NCBI GenBank assembly: GCA_035937415.1
Contig: DASZIB010000059.1
Span: 13,199 to 77,198 of the forward strand
Length of the DNA: 64,000 nucleotides
Direction of reading: 5' to 3'
Source: Casimicrobiaceae bacterium
Lineage (GTDB): Bacteria; Pseudomonadota; Gammaproteobacteria; Burkholderiales; Casimicrobiaceae
Shown here: piece after piece, positions 53,917-62,524 of the stretch
Position numbering within the stretch: position 1 is the first letter of the stretch
How the letters are laid out: each line of letters starts with the position of its first letter
Position numbers and translations under genes: made by a program
Notes under the pieces: model-generated
What the model was told of the DNA's origin: nothing
What the model saw: only the letters and a program-made list of their open reading frames with translations
The model's database searches: none

Positions 53917-54079
53917 GGTCGTCCTGAAAGAAGGGAATGCAGGAAAGCGCCATGCTGAAGCAATCCGTCCGCCCGCGCAATGACCGCGGCGCCCCAAGCG
54001 GCGCTCTGCCGCTGCGGTATAATCCGGGCCCTCTTTCGGTGCGCGCGGCGTCCATTCGGCAAGCCGCGTTCCAAGATCC

Positions 54080-55921
54080 ATGCACGTCTTTTTCGAGGAC
54101 GACGGCGCATTCAAGGCCGGCACCGTTCTCGCCGACAACGATACGTCGCTGCAGATCGAAGCGGCATCCGGCAAGCGGCTCAAGATCAAGTCCGCCAATG
54201 TCCTGCTACGCTTCGCCGAGCCCTCGCCTTCCGCACTGCTCGCGGATGCGCAAACGCTCGCCGCCGGGCTCGATGCGAATTTTCTGTGGGAGGTGAGCGA
54301 CGGGCGCGAGTTCGCGTTCACGGATCTCGCGGTCGAATATTACGGCCGCGCGCCCAGGCCGGCGGAAGCCGCGGCGCTGGCGCTCTGCCTGCACGCTGCG
54401 CCAACGCACTTTTACAAGAAGGGCAAGGGCCGTTATCGCGCTGCGCCCGCCGATGCGCTAAGGGCCGCGCTCGCAGGCACAGAGCGCAAGCGCCTCGAGG
54501 CGGAGCAGGTCGCCGCTCTCGCCGCGGAGCTCAAGGCGCATCGCCTCCCTGAGGCCATCCGCGCGGTCCTGCCGATGCTCCTCTACAAGCCGGACAAGCT
54601 CGCGTTGGAAACGCGGGCGGTGAACTCGGCCTGCGCGGCGCTGCAGACGAATCCGCTTGCCCTGCTCATGGCCTGCGGCGCGATTCCCTCGACGCACGAT
54701 TTTCATTTCAACCGCTTCGTATTCGAAGCCTTCCCGCATGGCACGGAGTTCCCTGCCTTTGCCGAGCTGCCGGTGTTGCCCGAGCAGCCCCTCGCCGCCG
54801 TGCGCGCTGTTTCGATCGACGATGCGGCGACGACTGAAATCGACGACGCGTTCTCGGTGCGACCGCTTGCAAACGGGCACATCGAAATCGGGATCCATAT
54901 TGCCGCACCCTCCGTGGCGATACCACGCGGCTCCGCGCTCGACGCCATCGCGCGCAAGCGTCTGTCCACCGTTTACATGCCCGGCCGAAAGATCACCATG
55001 CTGCCCGACGCCGCGCTCGACCGCTTCACCCTGCGCGCGGGAGCCGCACCCCCGGTGCTGTCGCTCTACATCGAGGCGGCCCCGGACGGAACACCGGTTA
55101 GAACCGCGACGCGGCTCGAACGCGTGCCGGTCGCGGCCAACCTTCGGCTCGATGCGATCGACGAGCGCTTTGCGGCCCCGGCCGCGGCGAATGAGCCGGA
55201 ATGGACCGACGAACTGCGCCAACTATGGCGGGTCGCGCAACAGCTCGAGGCGGCGCGCGGCAAGCCTGACGCCGTGCGCAGTGAATACAGCTTCCGGGTC
55301 GACTGGTCCGCGGCGCCGGACGGTCGCGTGACGATCGTGCCGCGGCCACGCGGCTCGCCTCTTGACCGGCTCGTGGCCGAGCTGATGATCTACGTCAACA
55401 GCAGCTGGGGAAAGCTTCTCGCCGACTCGGGGGTGCCCGGCCTTTATCGCACGCAGCAGGCGGGCAAGGTGAAGATGAGCACCAAGCCGGAGCCGCATCA
55501 GGGGCTCGGCGTCGCCCAATACCTATGGGCGAGCTCGCCGCTGCGCCGCTACAGCGATCTGGTCAATCAGCGCCAGTTGCTCGCCGTAGTGGCCGGCGCC
55601 AAACCCCCGTACGCGGAGGGCGATGCGGAGCTGTTCGCCGCGGCCGCCGATTTCGAAGCCACGTATGCACAATACGCCGAGTTTCAGAATCGCATGGAGC
55701 ACTATTGGTGCTTGCGCTGGCTGCAGCAGGAGGTTGTGACGGAGACCACCGCGACGGTGGTGCGCGAGAACCTGGTGCGCTTCGACGCTTTGCCGCTGGC
55801 GATCCGGGTCGCGGACCTGCCACCGCTCGCGCCCGCCACCCGTGTGCGGCTTGCCATCGGGCGCATCGACCTTCTCGCCGCGACCCTCGAGCTGCGTTAC
55901 GGCGGCCTTGCCGCAGATTAG
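54080..55921 (+). CDS. RNB-domain 3'-5' exoribonuclease (RNase II family)
   Basis: RNB catalytic motif SIDDAATTEIDDAFSV, and later ASSPLRRYSDLVNQRQL. 613 aa. Confidence 0.85.
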   Translation: MHVFFEDDGAFKAGTVLADNDTSLQIEAASGKRLKIKSANVLLRFAEPSPSALLADAQTLAAGLDANFLWEVSDGREFAFTDLAVEYYGRAPRPAEAAALALCLHAAPTHFYKKGKGRYRAAPADALRAALAGTERKRLEAEQVAALAAELKAHRLPEAIRAVLPMLLYKPDKLALETRAVNSACAALQTNPLALLMACGAIPSTHDFHFNRFVFEAFPHGTEFPAFAELPVLPEQPLAAVRAVSIDDAATTEIDDAFSVRPLANGHIEIGIHIAAPSVAIPRGSALDAIARKRLSTVYMPGRKITMLPDAALDRFTLRAGAAPPVLSLYIEAAPDGTPVRTATRLERVPVAANLRLDAIDERFAAPAAANEPEWTDELRQLWRVAQQLEAARGKPDAVRSEYSFRVDWSAAPDGRVTIVPRPRGSPLDRLVAELMIYVNSSWGKLLADSGVPGLYRTQQAGKVKMSTKPEPHQGLGVAQYLWASSPLRRYSDLVNQRQLLAVVAGAKPPYAEGDAELFAAAADFEATYAQYAEFQNRMEHYWCLRWLQQEVVTETTATVVRENLVRFDALPLAIRVADLPPLAPATRVRLAIGRIDLLAATLELRYGGLAAD

Positions 55922-55986
55922 CGGACGAACGAAGCTGCGGGCCGGTCCGCCGGTGGCCAAGACAGGAAGGCTATACTTGGAGGGAC

Positions 55987-56982
55987 ATGCCCGCCAAGTC
56001 CGCGCGCAAACGAACTGCATCGGCACCCGGCACCGCCGCCCACAAGCCCGCAAAGCGGCCCGCCGCGCGTGCGGTGCCCATCGCCGAGCCACGCACGCTG
56101 TCACTGCCGTTCGTCGTCGCCGACAACGTGCGTGGCGACCAGCTGCTGACGGTCGCCATTGCCGGGTCGATCCTGTTGCACACGCTCGTGCTCGCGCTCA
56201 GATTCAGCCCGTTCGACCTCTCCGCACTCGATCGCAACGGTCCACCGCTCGAAGTCGCGCTGGTCAACGCCAAGTCGAAGACGAAGCCAACCAAGGCGGA
56301 GATACTCGCACAGGCGAATCTCGACGGTGGCGGCAATACCGAGGCCAACCGGCGCGCCAAGACGCCGCTGCCTGTCCTGCCGCACGCCACTGCCAACAGC
56401 GAGTTCAGCGTGGCCACGCAGAAGGTCGAGCAGCTGGAGAAGCAGGCGAAGGAGCTCATGACGCAGATCAGGGCGGCGAACGCGGTGGCACCTCCGGTGG
56501 CCCAACCGACCGACGCGCCCGATCCCGCCGACCTGCCCAGCTCGACCGAACGGATGCAGCGCACTCTCGAAGCCCTGCGCCTGGAGGCCCAGATCGCCAA
56601 GGAGATGGATGCCTACGAAAAACGGCCGAAGCGGCGTTTCGTCGGCGCGCGCGCCGCGGAGTATCGTTTCGCGCGTTACGTCGAGGACTGGCGGCTCAAG
56701 GTCGAGCGCGTCGGCAATCTCAACTATCCGGAGGCGGCGCGTGTGCGCAAGCTCTACGGCAGTCTCCTGCTCACGGTGGGCATTCGCGCTGATGGCAGCA
56801 TCGAGAGCGTCGCCGTCGATCGCACCTCGGGGCAGAAGATCCTCGACCTCGCGGCGACGCGGATCGTCGAGATGGCTGCGCCCTATGCGCCGTTCCCGAC
56901 CGACATCAAGCGCGACACCGACATTCTCTATATCACGCGCACCTGGACGTTCGCTCCAGGCGACTCGCTGATCTCGCAGTAA
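55987..56982 (+). CDS. TonB-family protein (TonB C-terminal domain)
   Basis: ATG 55987 with RBS GGAGGG. It has a basic N-terminus, one TM segment and a coiled/charged linker. C-terminal TonB signature YPEAARVRKLYGSLLLTVGIRADGSIESVAVDRTSGQKILDLAATRIV. Confidence 0.8.
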   Translation: MPAKSARKRTASAPGTAAHKPAKRPAARAVPIAEPRTLSLPFVVADNVRGDQLLTVAIAGSILLHTLVLALRFSPFDLSALDRNGPPLEVALVNAKSKTKPTKAEILAQANLDGGGNTEANRRAKTPLPVLPHATANSEFSVATQKVEQLEKQAKELMTQIRAANAVAPPVAQPTDAPDPADLPSSTERMQRTLEALRLEAQIAKEMDAYEKRPKRRFVGARAAEYRFARYVEDWRLKVERVGNLNYPEAARVRKLYGSLLLTVGIRADGSIESVAVDRTSGQKILDLAATRIVEMAAPYAPFPTDIKRDTDILYITRTWTFAPGDSLISQ

Positions 56983-56998
56983 GGCCTGACCGACCGCG

Positions 56999-57694
56999 AT
57001 GGGTTACCTCAGGCGCTGGTTGCTGTGGACGCTCGCGCTTGTCGTGGCCGCGCTGGTTCTGTTGCAAGCCTGGTACGCGGTGCACATCTGGTGGTGGCGG
57101 GACCACCCGCCGCGGGAGACTGCATTCATGGCGCTGCGGATCGGCGAAATTCGCGCCGCGCGTCCGCAGGCCAGGCTCGCATACAGCTGGGTCCCCTATG
57201 AGCGCATTTCAGTCGAGATCAAGCGCGCGATGATCGCTGCAGAGGACGCCAAGTTCGTCGAGCATGAGGGCTTCGACTGGGACGGGATCCAGATGGCGCT
57301 CGACAAGAACCTCCGCCGCGGGCGGGTCGTCGCCGGCGGCTCCACGATCACGCAGCAGCTGGCCAAGAACCTGTTCCTCTCGTCGCAGCGGAGCTATTGG
57401 CGGAAGAGCGAGGAGGCGCTGATCACGGTGATGCTCGAAGCGCTGCTCGGCAAGCGCCGCATCCTCGAGCTCTACCTCAACGTAATCGAGTTCGGCGACG
57501 GCATCTTCGGGGTCGAGGCGGCGGCGCAACACTACTTCGGGGCCGGCGCAGGAGCGCTGACCGCGGAGCAGGCAGCTCGCCTGGCGGCAATGGCACCCAA
57601 CCCACGCTACTACGAGAAGCACCCCGGCGCCCGCGGCCTCGCGCGCAAGGTCCCGATCATCCTCGCGCGCATGCCCGCCGCGGAGTTGCCCTAG
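56999..57694 (+). CDS. mtgA: Monofunctional biosynthetic peptidoglycan transglycosylase
   Basis: GT51 motifs EDAKFVEHEGFD, GGSTITQQLAKN, RKSEEALITVMLE. 231 aa with an N-terminal TM. Confidence 0.92.
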   Translation: MGYLRRWLLWTLALVVAALVLLQAWYAVHIWWWRDHPPRETAFMALRIGEIRAARPQARLAYSWVPYERISVEIKRAMIAAEDAKFVEHEGFDWDGIQMALDKNLRRGRVVAGGSTITQQLAKNLFLSSQRSYWRKSEEALITVMLEALLGKRRILELYLNVIEFGDGIFGVEAAAQHYFGAGAGALTAEQAARLAAMAPNPRYYEKHPGARGLARKVPIILARMPAAELP

Positions 57695-57700
57695 TCCGGA

Positions 57701-57973
57701 TTGTCGGGCACGATTGACGGCATGGCTGCCACTCACCGCGCGCTGCCGACGCTACTGCGCATCTGCGCTGGCATCGATCAGTTGTTCATCGTGGAGGTCG
57801 GACCATTCGGTCGGCAACTGGCCGAGGACGCGCGCGCGGCATGGCTCGCGACGGGCAACAAGATCCGCCCCGCGGACGTCGAACAGTACATCGCCCTGCT
57901 GGCGGAGCATATTGAGGATGCCGAACGGCGCGAAGCGTTCGTGACCGACGCGTTGAACTGCGTCAAACTGTAG
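57701..57973 (+). CDS. Hypothetical small soluble protein
   Basis: 90-codon ORF (TTG 57701; ATG 57722 is an alternative) with balanced composition (LFIVEVGPFGRQLAEDARAAWLATGNKIRPADVEQYIALLAEHIEDAERREAF). No family recognised. Confidence 0.45.
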   Translation: MSGTIDGMAATHRALPTLLRICAGIDQLFIVEVGPFGRQLAEDARAAWLATGNKIRPADVEQYIALLAEHIEDAERREAFVTDALNCVKL

Positions 57974-58023
57974 GCCAGCGTAAGCGCGGGCAGCCATCGC
58001 AAGAATTCGCCAGGGAGACATAG

Positions 58024-58959
58024 ATGCTTCTCAACCGCTCGATTACCACCCAGTTCACGATCGTGTTCGTGCTTGCGCTGCTGCTAATCGTCGGCTCCTT
58101 CTATCTGGTCTTGGACAGCGTGTATCGCAACGAACTGAAGTCGCAGGCGGAGACTGTGGCCGACAATGTCGACGCTTTCGGCAGCTGGGTGTCGCAGTAC
58201 GGACGGGTGTGGGTGCGCGACGACAACAAGAGCTATCTCGGCGAGGTCACGCTGGTCAACGCTCCCGATGCGACCACCGGTACCCCGGGTGACGTGTGGC
58301 ATTTCTATTCGAAGAACCCGGCGCTCGCGCAGCGCGAGTTTTCCGAAGTTGTCGAAAAGTCGTCGTCGCCGGCAAAGTTCCGGGTGACCTCGCATAATTT
58401 CATGAATCCGGTCAACAAGCCGGATGTATTCGAAACCAAGGCGCTGGAACTAATCCGTGCCAATCATCTCGCGGAGTACTACGAGGTGTCGCCCGACAGT
58501 TTCCGCTTCGCGCGCACGCTGTACGTGAAGGCTTCGTGCCTCACCTGCCATGCCAGCGCCGAGAGCGCCCCCGCCGATGTCAAGACCCGCTACGGCACGG
58601 AGCGCGGTTTCGGCTTCAAGGAAGGGGAGGTGGCGGGCATCATCAGCGTCAGGTTGCCCGTCCGTTCGTTCTGGAAGGTGACGTCCGACGTGCTGGGTCC
58701 GCTGCAGATTGGGCTCCTGGTCAGTGCCTTCGTCGTTGCGGTGCTGTTCATCCAGTTCGCGGTGGTGCGGCCGATCAAGAAGGTGACCCGGGCGGCGGAG
58801 CGGATTTCCGTCGGGCAGCAGGCGGATCTGGGTGTGGCCGGACTGCAACGGACCAGCCGCAACGAGATCCACCAACTCATCCTGGCGACGGAACGGCTGC
58901 GCGCCAGTCTGGTGCTCGCGATGCAGCGCTTGATCAAGAAGAGCAATCCGCCGGCGTAG
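58024..58959 (+). CDS. DUF3365 (Tll0287-like c-type heme sensor domain) + HAMP protein without output domain
   Basis: N-terminal TM, a periplasmic domain with CxxCH, a second TM (LQIGLLVSAFVVAVLFIQFAVV), then HAMP (RPIKKVTRAAERISVGQ...NEIHQLILATERL). The protein stops about 15 aa later. Confidence 0.8.
   Translation: MLLNRSITTQFTIVFVLALLLIVGSFYLVLDSVYRNELKSQAETVADNVDAFGSWVSQYGRVWVRDDNKSYLGEVTLVNAPDATTGTPGDVWHFYSKNPALAQREFSEVVEKSSSPAKFRVTSHNFMNPVNKPDVFETKALELIRANHLAEYYEVSPDSFRFARTLYVKASCLTCHASAESAPADVKTRYGTERGFGFKEGEVAGIISVRLPVRSFWKVTSDVLGPLQIGLLVSAFVVAVLFIQFAVVRPIKKVTRAAERISVGQQADLGVAGLQRTSRNEIHQLILATERLRASLVLAMQRLIKKSNPPA
58537..58551 (+). other. CxxCH heme c attachment motif (C-L-T-C-H)
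   Basis: TGC CTC ACC TGC CAT at 58537-58551, residues 172-176 of the DUF3365-HAMP protein. Confidence 0.75.
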
Positions 58960-59082
58960 GCTTTGCCGCGGCGCCCGGCCCAGGCAACGGCCGGCGCGAA
59001 GGAATAACCTGCCGCTGGCCCCTGTTATGCATGGGCGCGCGTGGCGCCCGGCCGCCGCGGCGGGATCACCAGGAAACGTCCC

Positions 59083-59610
59083 TTGCCCGAGACACTGCCC
59101 CATCCCGATCTGGTCGCCGCGCTGCCGCGGCTGCGACGGTATGCGCGAGTGCTGACCGGCGACGTGCACCGTGCCGACGACCTGGTGCAGGACACGCTGG
59201 CGCGCGCCTGGGAGAAACGCTGGCTCTGGCAGGCGGGAAGCGACCTGCGGGCGTGGCTGTTTACGATTATGCACAATGTCCACGTCAATCAGTTTTCGTT
59301 GCGCCAGCGCGAGAACGCGCACACCTCGCTCGATTCCGACGAGGGTCCGGCGGGGGGCTGGGAGATCCCGGTGCGGGCGACGCAGACCGATCGCGTCGCG
59401 CTTACCGAGGTCTTCGCGCAGATCGCGCGCCTGCCGGTGGAGCAACGCGAGGTACTCGTGCTCGCCGCGGTGGAAGAGCTGCGTTACGAGGAAATCGCCG
59501 CCCTTCTCAAGGTGCCGATCGGAACCGTGATGTCGCGCCTGTCGCGGGCACGTGAAAAGCTCAGACGAATGAACGTGGACACACCGTCGCCGCTGAAGGT
59601 CGTGCGATGA
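59083..59610 (+). CDS. ECF-type RNA polymerase sigma-70 factor
   Basis: Region 2 (RRYARVLTGDVHRADDLVQDTLARAWEK...WLFTIMHNV) and region 4 (LPVEQREVLVLAAVEELRYEEIAALLKVPIGTVMSRLSRAR). TTG 59083 is preceded by AGGAAA at 6-nt spacing (ORF track start is GTG 59041). Confidence 0.88.
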   Translation: MPETLPHPDLVAALPRLRRYARVLTGDVHRADDLVQDTLARAWEKRWLWQAGSDLRAWLFTIMHNVHVNQFSLRQRENAHTSLDSDEGPAGGWEIPVRATQTDRVALTEVFAQIARLPVEQREVLVLAAVEELRYEEIAALLKVPIGTVMSRLSRAREKLRRMNVDTPSPLKVVR

Positions 59611-60398
59611 GCGTCCACCCGGCGCTCAGCGACGACGACCTGCATGCGTTCGCCGACGATCAGCTCTCGCAGGCACGCGCCGGCGAAGTCGCGGCGGTGC
59701 TGGATCACGAGGCGGAGCTCGCCGCGCGCGTGGCGGAAATCCGGCGCCAGAACGCGCGGCTGCGCGACGCGCTCGATCCGTGGCTTGCCGAGCCACTGCC
59801 GCGCAAGTTGCTCGCGGCCACGGCGGCCCCTGCCACGCAGGCGCGCTCGTGGCGGCCTGCGGCGCTCGCGGCCGGCGTCGCGCTCGTCGTCGGCGTGGGC
59901 CTGGGCTGGTTCGGGCGTGGGGAGTCCCTGCTGCTTGCCGGCACGCCGGTGACCTTCCAGCGTCAGGCCGCGCTAACGCACGCCCTCTACGCGGCCGACG
60001 CAAACCGACCGGTCGAGGTCTGGGCGACCGAGGAGCAGAGGCTCGTTAGCTGGCTGTCGAAGCGGCTCGGCTTCGCGCTGCATGCCCCGGACCTCAACAG
60101 CGTCGGCTTTGCGCTGGTCGGCGGCCGGCTCGTCGCCGGAAACGAGAATCCAGGGGCGCTGTTCATGTATGAAAACGCCGCCAAGCAGCGCATCTCGCTG
60201 TTGGTGCGCAAGGATGCCGAGCCGTCGCGGGAGACGGCGTTCCGGTACGCGGTCGAAGACGGCGTGGGTGTCTTCTACTGGATCGATGATGCCTGCGGCT
60301 ACGCGCTGTCCGGCCAGGTCGACCGCGCACAGCTGCTTGCGCTCGCGCGTGTCGTCTACGCTCAACTCGCCACCGCGGCCGTGGCTGCCAAGCCATAG
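59607..60398 (+). CDS. Anti-sigma factor (single TM, periplasmic C-terminal domain)
   Basis: The start overlaps the sigma factor stop (ATGA). N-terminal anti-sigma helix region (LHAFADDQLS...VAEIRRQNARLRDAL), without the H-x3-C-x2-C zinc motif. TM segment AALAAGVALVVGVGLGWF. Confidence 0.8.
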   Translation: MSVHPALSDDDLHAFADDQLSQARAGEVAAVLDHEAELAARVAEIRRQNARLRDALDPWLAEPLPRKLLAATAAPATQARSWRPAALAAGVALVVGVGLGWFGRGESLLLAGTPVTFQRQAALTHALYAADANRPVEVWATEEQRLVSWLSKRLGFALHAPDLNSVGFALVGGRLVAGNENPGALFMYENAAKQRISLLVRKDAEPSRETAFRYAVEDGVGVFYWIDDACGYALSGQVDRAQLLALARVVYAQLATAAVAAKP

Positions 60399-60451
60399 GC
60401 GCCGACTGCGGACGCGCCCGAGCCACAAGGCACTGGGGCGAGCGATCAGCA

Positions 60452-61093
60452 TTAGAGGGGGACGGGCCCGCGCGGCGTTTGCAGCATCGCCGCCAATCGC
60501 GGCCGCTCCCCATACGTGACTTTGATAGTGTCGCCGAGGGCGAGCGCGGCGAGCGTCGCGCGGATCAGGCCCGGCTGGGGGTGCGCGCCGGCGAGCGCGA
60601 CCAGCCTGACACGGCTGTCGGGCATGGCGTCGGCCGGGTGCCGCGCATCGGCCCATTGAATCAGGCTTGGCAGAACGCCTCCGGCGGGAAGCTGCCCGTC
60701 GACCGGCACGGTGATCCGCCATTCGAGCCCGGCACGCCGCAGCACCCGGACTGCACCTGGATCAACGGGGAAGACACGGCGCGCGGCATCGATGTCGGTC
60801 GTGCGAGCGACCCAGTGAACCAGGCGCGGCCGTTCCTGCAGCGCCGCCTGAAGGGCGGTCGTGTCAAGAGCGAACCAGCGTGGCTGCGCGGGCGCAACAG
60901 CCTGCGGGTCGACGGCGATCACTTCGAGATAGCACTGCTCGCCGAGCTTGACCACGCTATTGTGGGTGCCCATTGCATCGTGCTTGCCGCCGCGCTGCAG
61001 GCGCGCGCCGAGGCGCTCCTCGAGGTAGGCTTCGCCCTGCTCGAGGGTTTCCGCCGCGACGACCAAATGGTCGAAGACGGCGGCAAGTGGCAT
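60452..61093 (-). CDS. VOC-superfamily protein (glyoxalase-like domain)
   Basis: ATG 61093 (MPLAAVFDHLVVAAETLEQGEAYLEERLGARLQRGGKH..MGTHN). The start shares 1 nt with the upstream stop (TGATG). Confidence 0.75.
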   Translation of the reverse strand: MPLAAVFDHLVVAAETLEQGEAYLEERLGARLQRGGKHDAMGTHNSVVKLGEQCYLEVIAVDPQAVAPAQPRWFALDTTALQAALQERPRLVHWVARTTDIDAARRVFPVDPGAVRVLRRAGLEWRITVPVDGQLPAGGVLPSLIQWADARHPADAMPDSRVRLVALAGAHPQPGLIRATLAALALGDTIKVTYGERPRLAAMLQTPRGPVPL

Positions 61094-61476
61094 CAAGCCG
61101 TGGCCGTTTCGGCCGCGGCGAAATCGAGTTCGATGCGCGCGCCGTTTGGGTCGAAGAAGAAGACCTGCCAGGTTCCCGAGCCGGCCTGTCGCCGGCAGAC
61201 ATGCTCGACATTGTTGGCGGTCAAGCGCGCGAGCGTTGCCGCAAGGCCGCTGGCGGAGAACGCCATGTGGTCGATCACGCCAGGCTTGAGCGCCTCGGGA
61301 GCGCGCCCACCGACGATATGCAGTATTGGCAATCCCTGCGCGTAGAGCCACGCGCCGGGGAAATTCAGATTCGGCCGCTCACCCGGAACCAGGCCGAGCA
61401 GGTCGCCGTAGAAACGCACGGTCTTGGCCACGTCGTCCGTGAGCACGGTGAAATGGTTCATGCCCTCGATGGTCAT
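61093..61476 (-). CDS. VOC-family protein (glyoxalase/bleomycin resistance/dioxygenase fold)
   Basis: 127 aa. MNHFTVLTDDVAKTVRFYGDLLGL...IDHMAF...FFFDPNGARIEL. Confidence 0.85.
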   Translation of the reverse strand: MTIEGMNHFTVLTDDVAKTVRFYGDLLGLVPGERPNLNFPGAWLYAQGLPILHIVGGRAPEALKPGVIDHMAFSASGLAATLARLTANNVEHVCRRQAGSGTWQVFFFDPNGARIELDFAAAETATA

Positions 61477-61515
61477 CGCTGCGTCCGCTCCTTCCTCCGC
61501 GTCGCTGCCGGCCCG

Positions 61516-62361
61516 TCAGCGCGATAGCTGCGCGAAAAACTCGCCGAACAGGGCGGTCGCATCGGGTGGTTGCGGATCATTGTACGCAAAAACGCCGTCG
61601 CCGCCGCTCCAGGCGTGGCCGAGCCCGGACACACGCACGAGACGGACGACCAGGCGCCCAGCGACCCGATAGTCGGCGGTCGTCATGGTGCGGCCTCCGG
61701 CGGGTGTCGTCGTGGCGCTGGAATCGGCGGCGGGAATCCCGGCGCGATCGCCGTCCGCCGCGAGCGGGTACCCGTTGAACAGCAGAAACTGGTGCACCAG
61801 CTCGAGCGCATTCCTGACCGCGACGAAGTTATCGCGCTCGCCATGGATCACGCACAGGGGAAGGGGCAGCGCGCGCGGCGACGTGCGCGCGCGCGCCTCG
61901 AGGGCGATCGCAGCAACGTCCGCATCGGCGCCGGTCGCGAGCACCCTCAGCGCGCTGGCGGGACTTGCTGCGGCACCGCAGGCGACTCCCGAGTGGGCAC
62001 CGACCGCGGCAAACAATTTGGCGAAACGCAAGCCGAGCACGGCCGCGAGGCACGCTCCGGACGACATCCCGGCGACAAACACCCGCCGCGGGTGCGCGCG
62101 GTAGAGACGACGCACCGCACGCACCTGCGCGGCGACAATCGCGGCTTCGCCCTTGCCGTCCGCAGTGCGATGGTCGAACCAGTTCCAGCAGCCCCACGCG
62201 TTGGCCTGCTTGGCCTGGCGTGGCAGCAGGATGAGCCAATCGCGCGCGTCCGCCCACGCGGTAATGCGCGACCCGCCGGCAATCTCCTCCGGCGTCTGCT
62301 TGCAGCCGTGAAGCAGGACCAGCAGCGGCCGGCGCTGCCAGCGCGAATGGCCGCGCGGCAC
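61516..62361 (-). CDS. PHB-depolymerase-family esterase (LpqC/COG3509-like); true 5' end unresolved
   Basis: PLLVLLHGCKQT, nucleophile elbow AGMSSGA, HGERD. GTG 62361 is the first canonical start, but the family-like sequence (GRFETGSKF...REYLVYVP) continues upstream in frame. See the finding for this gene. Confidence 0.7.
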   Translation of the reverse strand: MPRGHSRWQRRPLLVLLHGCKQTPEEIAGGSRITAWADARDWLILLPRQAKQANAWGCWNWFDHRTADGKGEAAIVAAQVRAVRRLYRAHPRRVFVAGMSSGACLAAVLGLRFAKLFAAVGAHSGVACGAAASPASALRVLATGADADVAAIALEARARTSPRALPLPLCVIHGERDNFVAVRNALELVHQFLLFNGYPLAADGDRAGIPAADSSATTTPAGGRTMTTADYRVAGRLVVRLVRVSGLGHAWSGGDGVFAYNDPQPPDATALFGEFFAQLSR

Positions 62362-62524
62362 GTAGACAAGGTACTCGCGCGACGGCCATACCCACGGCGC
62401 AACCGATACCCTACCGTGCCAGGAGAACTTGCTGCCGGTTTCGAAGCGCCCCGGTTCCGGGGGCGGGCGGCGGAAAAGCCGGCCGAAAAAGCCGCGTACA
62501 CGAGACCAGAACGATGGCCCGGGC

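Noticed and set aside
54018-54023. Perfect TATAAT hexamer 56 nt upstream of the RNase II-family gene
   Set aside because: It is plausibly a -10 box, but there is no acceptable -35 (CAAGCG at 17-nt spacing) and no TG extension. That is too weak to list as a feature.
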